Shown here: piece by piece, positions 36,601-48,600 of the stretch
Layout: each line of letters begins with the position of its first letter
How positions within the stretch are numbered: the stretch's first letter is position 1
NCBI RefSeq assembly: GCF_036588685.1
Contig: NW_026963340.1
Location: 2,790,001 to 2,854,000 of the forward strand
Reading direction: 5' to 3'
Source of the DNA: Mytilus trossulus
Taxonomy: Eukaryota
DNA length: 64,000 bases
Made by a program: the position numbers and the translations under genes
The notes under the pieces: generated by a model
What the model saw: only the letters and a program-made list of their open reading frames with translations
What the model was told of the DNA's origin: nothing
The model's database searches: none

Positions 36601-39600
36601 ATATTTTACCCTAGATATCATCATGATCTTAGGAAAAAAACAAAGAAGTCAGAACATGTGTAATCCTAGGTACAATACAGTCTTACAGAGTATGTGTGTT
36701 TAAAATTCAAACTTTCAGATACAGACCAAATAAAGACAAATCTATCCTTGTTTTAATAAATGCATCACCCCCTTGAGATGCAAAATCTGATACTACAACT
36801 ACAAGTGACACATTAATAACCTATTGATAAAAAAATAACTTAAAAACCAATACATTTTTAAGAAGAAGCTGCCAATTGGGTAGAAACTAATTTCTTTAGA
36901 CATATATATGATAGGGAAAATTTTTAAAGGTAGTTATTGCAAGTGAAGTCTCAAATTTTTGCAATACTGAAACCTGGGGAGATGTGTTTATCATAACAGC
37001 ACTAGAAATGCCTGCATCTGCTTGCTGGTAAATTAATAGATTATGATTCTGTTCCAATCGTGAAATACATTATTTTCGCCAAACATAGCCAATACCCTAC
37101 CCTGTGTGTGTTGTACTACATGTATACAGTGAATTTGGATATAGAAAGATAGCAGCTATTAAGTTTGGATGTCATGAAATCAAGTCTAAAAGTGCTTTAA
37201 GAATTTTGAGCAATCCAATATATTTTGCTTTTAAAAAATGAAAATATTGACATTTAAATTGTGAAAAAAAAGGAATAAGGATGCATATATATTTGTTTTA
37301 GGACTTTGCATTTATGCACTACATTTGTATGTATTGTAAACTGGGTTATATCTGAGATAGAAAGTTTTCAAAATTATATTTTTTTTGTTGTTTAACCAGT
37401 CTTTGAAACTTCTTACATTAAAAGTTCAATTATTGGTGACAAATCTTCAAAATCATGTAATTATCAACCTATACATAAGGTAAAGTAAATCTAATTTTCA
37501 TCTTTTATATCGTCTTTTTTTCAAAATTAGATGTGCAGAACCTTATGTTTATCATGTTTTTTATATACATGTATACTGGAATTAATTAAATAGTGAAAAC
37601 AGGAAGTTTTAAATTTCATGAGTCAATAGCACTTTTCTTGTATAACCTGAGCTTCATCAGGAATGCTTAAGGGTTACATTGTATATGATAGAAAAAGGTA
37701 TAATTTAAAAATACATGTGTGTATTAAATGGCTAAATGTGTAAATCAGTTTGAGAAATCTCTTAGGAGAGGGGAAAATATGTGTTGTCCAGTTACATCTT
37801 ATCAAAATATGATAGGGTAGGAAGGAAGGGAATAATGTAATTTTTGTTTTATGTTGTGTTTTTTACATTGAATATATTGGAGTAACATTGTGACTTAATT
37901 TAACATTGCTTAATGAAAAATGAGAACAAAAAATCTTTAGGCTTTTTTTTTAAGACTAAAACGTTGTGTTTGTATCAATAGGGTAACTGGAACCACACAT
38001 TCATATTTATTTGGCCTGACAAAGCTAATTTTAGAGATACTCATCATTTTATAATTTGAGTTATCTCCCTTATACTGCAGGGAATTTCCCAGTCTTGTAA
38101 TGAGTGACTTCACAGGTACTTTACATTTTAACATGTCAGCAATTTATTATATTTCTTTGACAGATGGGTTTAATAACTTTAAGTTTTAAATTGAATATTT
38201 TAAGGATGATATTTATCCTTTTTATCTTTATTTGTTTATTTAAATGAGGAAATATAAAGCTTGTTGTTTCACGTACGTTTCATATTTTAAAAGAGCCTTG
38301 AACTTAAAAAAAAGAGTATCAATTATCCATCAAAATCAGCTAAAAATTTAAATGTGCAACATTCAGGGAATTTAATAGAAAGGAAGAGATATGGTACATT
38401 AATTCATGAAATTTGTTTTACTATTTAATTGTACTATATATATATTCATATATTTGTTTTTATGACAAATCTGCATTCCGTCTATAAATAACTTATTTAA
38501 AGGAATCATCCAGAATGAAACAAATGTACATATAAATGTTTCAATTATGTATTGAGATGCATACTGATAAAATAACTTTATGACTATTTAAATAAACATT
38601 ACTCATAAAGGTATTATAGTATTATTAGTTAAATTATACAAGTTGGATTATTACTTTGAAGTTTTGTTTCCTCTTGTCATTGAAAAAAAAATTGAATTTA
38701 GTAATTAAACAACTATTTTTATACCTTTAACTTTTTGAAGTGGTCAATATATTGATTGGAGTACATCAGTGTGTCTTACTTTTGTATGAATTTTGTGAAA
38801 CATTTCCAGAATCTTGCAAAGAAGTTCAACCGTTGTACATTGGACCTACTTTCAATTTAATTGCTTTATAAATCTGAAGTTTATCTGTTTTTGTGTGGGG
38901 GGGGGGGTAATAAAGGTCACACCTTTGAACACATTTTGTCCTTCTAAATGATTAATCAGAATTTTAATGAAACTCTTAGAATCTTTTCCATGATTGACCC
39001 TATTTATCCTAAAATTCTTTAATTATTTTGAAGAAAAAATGGAGCACCTATTTTATGATTTTAATTCAAAATGTTTCATAATAAAGAAATCATATACTTT
39101 GTCATTGTTTTATCTTGGGGGTGAGGGCTGTTTCATCTTGTATCCGTATTTAACTCCTAACCCCCTTATTGCAATTTATTCATTTATTATCAGGTATATT
39201 TTGGGGGTTGTCTTTAGCCAATCATGGACTTTGTTATATCTTAGATAATATTATATACTAGTATGCACTATTGTCTTCCTTAACCCAGTAAAACAACATC
39301 AGAATCTTCAAATGTCATGGGATAATTAAAACAAATGCCATGATTCCTGAAATAATGTAGGTGTCAGTATTCACCTCAGAAACTTTCAAAACCTTTGAAT
39401 AGACTTATTAAGAAGGGATATAATTACGATACTGTTGTCAAGTCATTAAAGATTGCATATTTTGGCGTTAATATAGAGTCACTGATAAGGTCTTTGCGTC
39501 GGATCTAAACACATTTATTCTAAAAACAATTGTTGGCGTGACACGGGTTATGTTCTTCTCATATATGTTATGATGGTATGATACTAAACCCCTGACGGGA

Positions 39601-42600
39601 AGGATTGTGCCTGATGTTCATATGATGAAATCATAATCTTTCAGTCAGTTTAATTGAAGTCTGGAGCTGGCATGTCAGTTAACTGCTAGTTGTCTGTTGT
39701 TATTTATGTATTATTGTCATTTTGTTTATTTTCTTTGGTTACCTCTTCTGACATCAGACTTGGACTTCTCTTGAACTGAATTTTAATGTGCGTATTGTTA
39801 TGCGTTTACTTTTCTACATTGGTTAGAGGTATCGGGGGAGGGTTGAGATCTCACAAACATGTTTAACCCCGACGCATTTTTACGCCTGTCCCAAGTCAGG
39901 AGCCTCTGGCCTTTGTTAGTCTTGTATTATTTTAATTTTAGTTTCTTGTGTACAATTTGGAAATTAGTATGGCATTCATTATCACTGAACTAGTATATAT
40001 TTGTTTAGGGGCCAGCTGAAAGACGCCTCCGGGTGCGGGAATTTCTCGCTACATTGAAGACCTGTTGGTGACCTTCTGCTGTTGTTTTTTTATTTGGTCG
40101 GGTTGTTGTCTCTTTGACACATTCACCATTTCCATTCTCAATTTTATTCATTGAAGAAAATGATAGGTTTAAATCTGGTAATTGAAATCATATTCACTCT
40201 AAAATTTACTACCTATAGCTATATATACTAGTAGTGAATAATTTATCTAACTTTTCCTAACATTTGATATTATACATGCAGAGTGCATACATAGTTAGTT
40301 AGATTGGCTATGTTTCTTTTTATGGAATTAAGTACTTTGTTTCTGAAATAAGATCATATATACAAGGTCAGATTCGATAATTGGAAATATTCAATTTAAT
40401 TTTATTTAATTTTGTTCACTTTCATTCACTTTCAGATACCGAAGATGCCAGTGAAACAGACCAGGCCAAACAAGAAACAGAATATACAGAAATTAAAGAA
40501 CAGTATGTTGTTTTTTGTCCTCCGGGATAGGACCAGTAAAGTAATCACCCCTCTTGTCAGGACATTAATTAACAGTAATGCAACCGTTATCTGTTAATTA
40601 AGGTTCATAAAATGTGCAAAGATTGGAAATACAGGGTTTTCTACTTACTAAAACATGCATCTCAGTAACAGGAATTTTAGCATTATGATTGTTTACCTTA
40701 TTTGGCTATAAATTCAAAATTGAATAAAAAACTTAAATCCGTTATAAGGCTTTGCTCATTGTAAAAGTCTGTACGTCGACAATATTTTTTTTGTTCCTGA
40801 ATTCTTAAAGACAGACCAGTTTGACTTAGTCATAGGTATAGATAGACAGATAGATATTTTTATTTTAAAGTACTACTTGGTACATATACATGAAATACAA
40901 TATATTACAATTTTAAACATTAGCAGTCAATTAACATGTATATTTATACCAACCAGCCTTGAGAGGCTTATGATGCACTGTCATTTATGCAAGAAAAATT
41001 ATATGAATAAATTTCAAATCCATTAAACATGTTAATCCTTATTATATCAGAGGCTAATTATTAATTCTTAGTAGGTACATATATTCATATACGTATATAT
41101 ATTCATTTACTGGTGCAAACAAATTTTTATGGTGGAATTTGGAATAAATCTGTTCAACTGGATATAGGAAGATGTGGTGTGAGTGCCAATGAGACAACTC
41201 TCCATCCAAATAACAATTTAAAAAGTAAACCATTATAGGTTAAAGTATGGCCTTCAACACGGAGCCTTGGCTCACACCGAACAACAAGCTATAAAGGGCC
41301 CCAAAATTACTAGTGTAAAACCATTCAAACGGGAAAACCAACGGTCTAATCTATATAAACAAAACGAGAAACGAGAAACACATATATATTACATAAACAA
41401 ACGACAACTACTGTACATCAGATTCCTGACTTAGGACAGGTGCAAACATTTGCAGCGGGATTAAACGTTTTAATGGATCCAAACCTTCTCCCTTTTTCTG
41501 AAACAATAGCATAACATCACAACATAGAAAAATATACGATAAAATATCAATTGGCAGACTTAACTCAATCAAAAAACGTATGATTACACAATGAAATAAA
41601 TTTGATTTTAGTCCAAATAATTGTGACGTCTTGAAAGGCCATTATATTATTTTTTTTGACGCCTTACTATCTTTTAATATGTTGATGTGCCTTTTCAAGT
41701 GCAACTTCTCCTAAACTGCTAGATTTTGATGAACATTGCATAGTATATATGCAGGAAGGAATATTATCTTGATCCTACATTTCATCTATAATGATAAAGG
41801 GGAGACAACTTACAATGTACCTACTTTGTTAAAACTTAAATAAAATAGCAAATTGATTAATTTGAAACTGTCCACCACATTTTATGCCCCACCTACGATA
41901 GAAGAGGGGCATTATGTTTTCTGGTCTGTGCCTCTGTTCGTTTGTCCGTCTGTGCGTCCATTCCTTTCAGGTTAAATTTTTGGTCAAGGTAGTTGAAGTC
42001 CAATCAACTTGAAACTTAGTACACATGTTCCCAATGATATGATCTTTCTAATTTTAATGCCAAATTATAGTTTTGACCCCAATTTCATGCTCCACTGAAC
42101 ATAGAAAATGATAGTGCGAAGTTCAGGTTAAAGTGATGAAGTTAAAGTTACATCAACTTGAAATTTAGTACACATGTTCCCTATGATATAATCTTTCTAA
42201 TTATAATTCCAAATTAAAGTTTTGACCCCAATTTCACGGTCCAATGAACATAGAAAATGATAGCGCTAGTGGGGCATCCGTGTACTATGGACACATTCTT
42301 GTTTTATGATGATATGAATGTCTGTTGACTGTTGGCTTTTAGTTCCACACTGAGAGATTTATTCTTATCACAAGAAATAGATTTTTGATGAAATCAAGTT
42401 GTGTCACATTAAAATGAGTTTTATTCTATGTTGTAGAATGTACCAAGATAAGTTAGCACATTTAAAGAAACAGCTGCAACAACTACAAGATGGAACCTTG
42501 CCAGAATATATCAAGAAAAGACGGAAAATTGAGCAACAATATAAAGAAAGAATAAGAATCAATGAAATTTGGAGAGATTTTGAGGTAAGATTTAAACAAA

Positions 42601-45600
42601 AATATGATATGTAAAATGTTTGGTGTAAAATTAGGAGTATTGTGTATCTTAGAATGGTTAAATGAGAGCAGATGTAAATTTATATGTCAGTATGTATAAG
42701 GGGATTACAGTTTAAAGTGGTACCTCACACTACAGGGAGATAACTCTGTAAAAATCACCTAAGTGTTCTTTTGTTAAGGAAATATAAACTTCTTTGTTTG
42801 TCAAACTGCTATATACCCAATGAAATATTTCTTTCAAAGTCTATATTTTTTTTTTAAATTTTATGCATTTGACCAAGTGTCAAAAGTTAATATTTTGTCA
42901 AATTTTTATCAAAATTTCTTGTTTAGTATGAAGAAAATATGTTGTGTCTGTAAAGAACACTTGAGGTTTTTAGAATGTTATTTAATTTACTTGATTGTCT
43001 TGATTTTTTATTTCAGTTAGAAGTAGTTGAAAGAGAATATATAAAGGAGAAAAAAGCTACAGCTAAAGATTTTGAGGTAGATTATTTTAAAACTTTTTTA
43101 CAAACTGTAAATACCAAGAAATACACTCAAAATACACTGGTATAGGCCAATTAAGAATAAATGAAGACATAGGGTATAATTTAATTAGACAGTAACCTAC
43201 TGGCAAAAAATTACCAAGAAAAATTGAGACAGAAAATACAATAATAACTGCATCTAGTTTTTCAAATATGTGGCCTTTGGAAAATCAATTTATGAAATCT
43301 GCATTTGACAATTTATCAAAACATTTATTATGTTATAAATAACAATTTTGGGGTCTGTTGAAAGAGCAGTTAATTTTAAATCAACAGTCTTATCAATTTA
43401 TCTTTTATATAGAAGTTGAGTGACCTAGTTTATGATTTGATTGTGAATACTCTATTTTAAGTCTGCATTCATTTCAATTTTCCATGTCCAAGTAAATCAT
43501 TTCATGGTATGTGAAAGACACCCGTATCAATTTTTGTTTTTCTACATTTCAGGAAAAGAAGATTGACTTGAAAGAAAGTTTGATACTTGAATATGAAGAC
43601 AAATCAAAGCTGATAGAAAGTGAAAGACACTCATTGGATCTCACAGGAAGTAGTATGTTTAAAATCTACAGTGAAAACTGGATTTACTGAAGATTATCTT
43701 TACATAAAACTGTTTAAATCTACAGTGAAAACTTTGTTTTACTGAAGATTATTTTTACTTAAAACTGTTAAAATCTACAGTGAAAACTTTGTTTTACTGA
43801 AGATTGATTGATTGTTGGTTGTTTTACTGCAGATTATGTTTACATAAAACTGTCAAAATCTACAGTGAAAACTTTGTTTTACTGAAGATTATGTTTGCAT
43901 AAAACTGTTAAAATCTACAGTGAAAACTCAGTTATACTGAAGATTATGTTTGCATAAAACTGTTCAAATCTACAGTGAAAACTCAGTTATACTGAAGATT
44001 ATGTTTGCATAAAACTGTTAAAATCTACAGTGAAAACTCAGTTAACTGAAGATTATGTTTGCATAAAACTGTTAAAATCTACAGTGAAAACTCAGTTATA
44101 CTGAAGATTATGTTTGCATAAAACTGTTAAAATCTACAGTGAAAACTCAGTTATACTGAAGATTATGTTTGCATATGACTGTTAAAATCTATAGTGAAAA
44201 CTCAGTTATACTGAAGATTATGTTTGCATAAAACTGTTAAAATCTACAGTGAAAACTCAGTTATACTGAAGATTATGTTTGCATAAAACTGTTAAAATCT
44301 ACAGTGAAAACTCAGTTATACTGAAGATTATGTTTGCATATGACTGTTAAAATCTATAGTGAAAACTCAGTTATACTGAAGGTTATGTTTGCATAAAACT
44401 GTTAAAATCTACAGTGAAAACTTTGTTTTACTGAAGATTATGTTTGCATAAAACTGTTAAAATCTACAGTGAAAACTCAGTTTTATTGAAGATTATAAAA
44501 CATTAAACTGTTAATACATGTTAAATTACTTAAAAGTTTTCACTGTTTGTTCTGATCAAAGAGCTTTGATATATATTCAGGCTTTGGTCAAAGCAGGCTC
44601 CTTTGTACTGTGTAGTGTGAACTTTTTTTTAACTTGTGCATCTTAATTTTCTTTGGTCAAAAATACAATGCTTTATAAAAGATTTTTGCATCTACTGTTG
44701 AAGAACATGATATTTTCATACATTTTCAACAGATTTATACTCAATTTGTAAGCAACTTACAGTTTTATGCTGAGCTTTTTAAAAATAAGTCTTTACAAAA
44801 TTTATTAGATTTATACCTTCAGAATGACATTTCATACATGTTATAATAAGCATAAATAATTGTATATTCAATACACATAAAAAATGAAAGCTTTTTGAAA
44901 GGAAAAGGGGGAGGGCTGTTAATTAAGTAAAGCAAGCTTTAGAGGTGCTACACAAGTTGCTGTCTCTTGCCATCAGGCAAGTGGTTTGAGAATTTTATTT
45001 CAAGTCCTGTTGTTTAATTGAATATTTTTTTTCCATTTCAGATTTTATGTTATCTGATACTTTAGAAACCAAAGCACCATCAACCCGTAGACTGAGGAGA
45101 CGACCTAATGACCCCATGCCACTACCTGAGAAAAGACGGAAAGCCTCACCAGATATCCTTTTAGTTCTAAAATCATGTGCTAGAAATCTGATTCTTATAT
45201 ATTTGAAATACTGTAATTGGGAATTGCTATATATATACACAATCCTTTATATTTCAAAACATTAATTCATACCTGCCAACTTTTAAAGTGCCCATGGGGG
45301 TTTTAGTGTGCGACAACAATTTCAAAGGTTACAATACTTTGCGACGACTATTTTGCTCGTGCTGTTTTGTGGTCTAGAAAAATTGTCATATTTGTGAGAT
45401 GAGCTTACATGCCTTTTTCTTAAGTTTATTTGCATGATTCTAGTTATAATATATCAGTAGAAAAGATGAACATGTGGCTGCAAGACCAGGAATTAATTTC
45501 ATGTGTAAGGATATGAAATAATTGTTGACTTTTCCAATTTAAAATTATGCACAAAGAAGGACCTTTGTCAGGTTGGGAACAACACCTAGGGGTAACCCCT

Positions 45601-48600
45601 CAATGTAATGACATAAAAAAACACTTTTTAAGTAAAAATGAGCACAAATATATTCAAATTATTAATGAAACTTTTCCCAAAGAACTATACATCTTATGAT
45701 CCATCTGGTATTATATGGTCAACACATGTCCAAGAATTTTGATATGTTCTTGGCCTTATATCTTCTATATTTTTCAAAATAATTGTACCCTTCATTTAGA
45801 AAGTTGTTCTAAATATAATGTCAGAATTTCCCATTTTTAAGTTAAAAAATTGTACATTTTATGATTTTTCGATTTTATGTTTTACAAGAGTAAAATGACC
45901 CCTTGACTAAGGGAAGTCCCTCATTTAAGAGATTCCTGATGTGGTTTTTTTTTGTTTTGTCCATGTGAAAAATAAAGAACAATACATTGTACTTAAAGTC
46001 ATAAGAATCGAGTGACCGGTGAAAAATTATGTTCTTCCAATTCTTGAACCAATGCATACACACATCATAAACTTAGTCTTCTTTGCACTAATTTATCATT
46101 TTTTTCGTGTAAATTTCGTATGATCGTCAATTTTTTTTTCAATCGGTCAGTGTTGTTGTGAAAATAGGGCAGGTAATTAAAGTTCGTGTTTTGAAGCCGA
46201 AGTTTAACGATGGTCACCTGTTCGTCAACAATCGACAAAAAATAAACAAAAAAAGCATGGAAAGAGAGCACGTGTTTAACATGTGTATTCAGATAATAGT
46301 TTATTTTAAGGACTTCCATGCGTATTGTGATCACCGGCGTTTTACGAGATGGGTTACACTGAGGTCAATTTGCATACGGAAAATATGTCGGGGGAATTGG
46401 TTGTTGGAAGCAAGCAATTAAAATAAAGTAAACTTCTTCTAAATATGAATAAATTAAAGAATTTTCTTCAGAAAAAAGTATATGTACATAAGTTTTATAA
46501 TGAAAACTATCCATTGAGTTATAAAAAACATATGCATTATTTTTTTTGATTTGAGGTTTCTTATGACTTTAAAATAATTTGGTAATTTAATTGAATACAT
46601 AAATTTATAACATTTGTTACAGCAAGTGTAATATCAATAAATTAGTGAATAAACTACTATTTATTATCTTCATGGTAGTACTGCATCATTGAAGTTTGTC
46701 AATCAGTCATGCTTTTATTTTTATTCTGTGTAAGAACCTCCTTGCAGGTGAAACACATTTGCCATGTTCACGATTTTAACAAACAGAGGAATACAACACA
46801 AGTTCAAAATCTAGGATGTTAGATTATTCTTGAGAGAAAACATTTTTGATTGGCTTACTAATTTGATCATGAGAAACACAGAATTTGATTGGCTGAACAC
46901 AATTGTATTTCATTGTACACAGTTCAAAATCGGGAACAGTCATATTTTTTCGTGTAGATTTTCACAAAATCATGTTATAGAAGGTTTTTCATGATCAAGA
47001 GCATGCAATCGTGACAAAGGGTCAAAATCGTGTAGTACACGCCTAATTCGTGAAAGTTGGCAGGTATGTTAATTTTATAAATGGTGATATTTCATAAAGT
47101 TACAATTAAGGGTCTAATGAGCTGCTTTTAAAGTCGAAAAGGTTTCAATAATTCATTTGGTACAAGCATCATAATGTATCTATCTCATAAAATGATGGGA
47201 ATATTGAAATTACTGTGGTACCACCATTAGACCATACTTCAATTCAGTAATCTGTGTGATTTTTTTCTTAACTGATCTAACTGCAGATAGACTTTTATTT
47301 GGATGATGCTGATATCATAGACGATTTACGAATTATCAATAAAGTCAGTGGTAAACCGTTTACCAAGAAAATTACATCATCCCCACCAAGTCCTATAGAA
47401 AATAATTCAGAACTGAAAATTGAAGATGGAAGGTTGTTCTATGACAAAAGATGGTAAGAAAATTAAAAAAAAATATGAATTCTAGAGAATAGCAGCTTTG
47501 TTGTGACAGAATATTGAAAATGCCAGGGTGAAACTAGAAAAGAGAGAAAAAAAAATTGTATTGTTTTTGATGGTTTCATTTGTAGAGGTGGGATTTAAGT
47601 AGATCTACATTGTATTGATGTGTATAGAATTATTTCAAGATTATAGAATAAAGCAAACAAATTAAGCTTTCAAGATAAGGCCCTCTCAATCCAACCAATC
47701 AACCAATTAGTCTTTTCATATGGTATATCAGACAATGACCCATTAAAATTTGAAAGGAAGAACTTTTTTTCGTCTTATCTTCATCTTTTTTTTTCTTGTA
47801 TATTTTATACCTGCTTTATTTGAGATAAAAAAGAACATTTTAAGTAAAACAGGCACACCATTCTTAATTACAAGTCAATGTCTTATTATATGTTCTTTAA
47901 TACGAAACAGAAACCTAATATTTTATAGTTTACATGCAATATTTAGGAAAGTTTTGCATGTATGCCCTTGTCTTTAACATGTTTAACCTGATTTGAAAAC
48001 AAGTATTTGATAAAGCTATCAAGATCAAATTAAACATGGAAATTAGTTTACTGTGGATTCATTGTTATTTGTTGGATACCAATTTTCGTGGGTTTAGAGG
48101 ATACAGGTAAACTACAAATTTAAATCTTTAACGAATATTAAATTGTATATATACATTGTATGTAGGCTCCAATGCAGACATGAAATCTAATATCCTTGAA
48201 AAATGCCAGATTTTCTCAGTCCACGAAAATTGGTACCCACAAAAATAAATGAATCCACAGTACTTACATTTTGAATAATGTACATGTACTAATGATCCAG
48301 TTATGAAGTGTTTGTATTTTTTTTCTTTTTTAGGTTTCACAGAAATCAACCTGTTTTTATTGAAGGGAAAGACATTGGTAAACTTAATGGTGTGATCACC
48401 GCTATAGGGACACAGGAGGTAGGTGTACAATAGTTCATTTTGGAATTCAAACATTGAATCATAGTTCAGAATTTTGCAAAGGGTCAATTAACTATTTGAA
48501 AAGACCTTGTTTCTGCAAGCAAATGGCATGAGTTCAGGGTATTGTAGAACAATCATTATGACTTTTTAATAAAAATTAAGAATGGAAATGTGGAATGTGG

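Noticed and set aside
35861-39248. Short ORFs in SUDS3 intron 1 and similar 60-130 aa ORFs elsewhere
   Set aside because: AT-rich low-complexity translations or antisense shadows of real ORFs, with no recognisable motifs
43660-44512. CRISPR-like array
   Set aside because: Contiguous tandem units without unique spacers, in a eukaryotic intron
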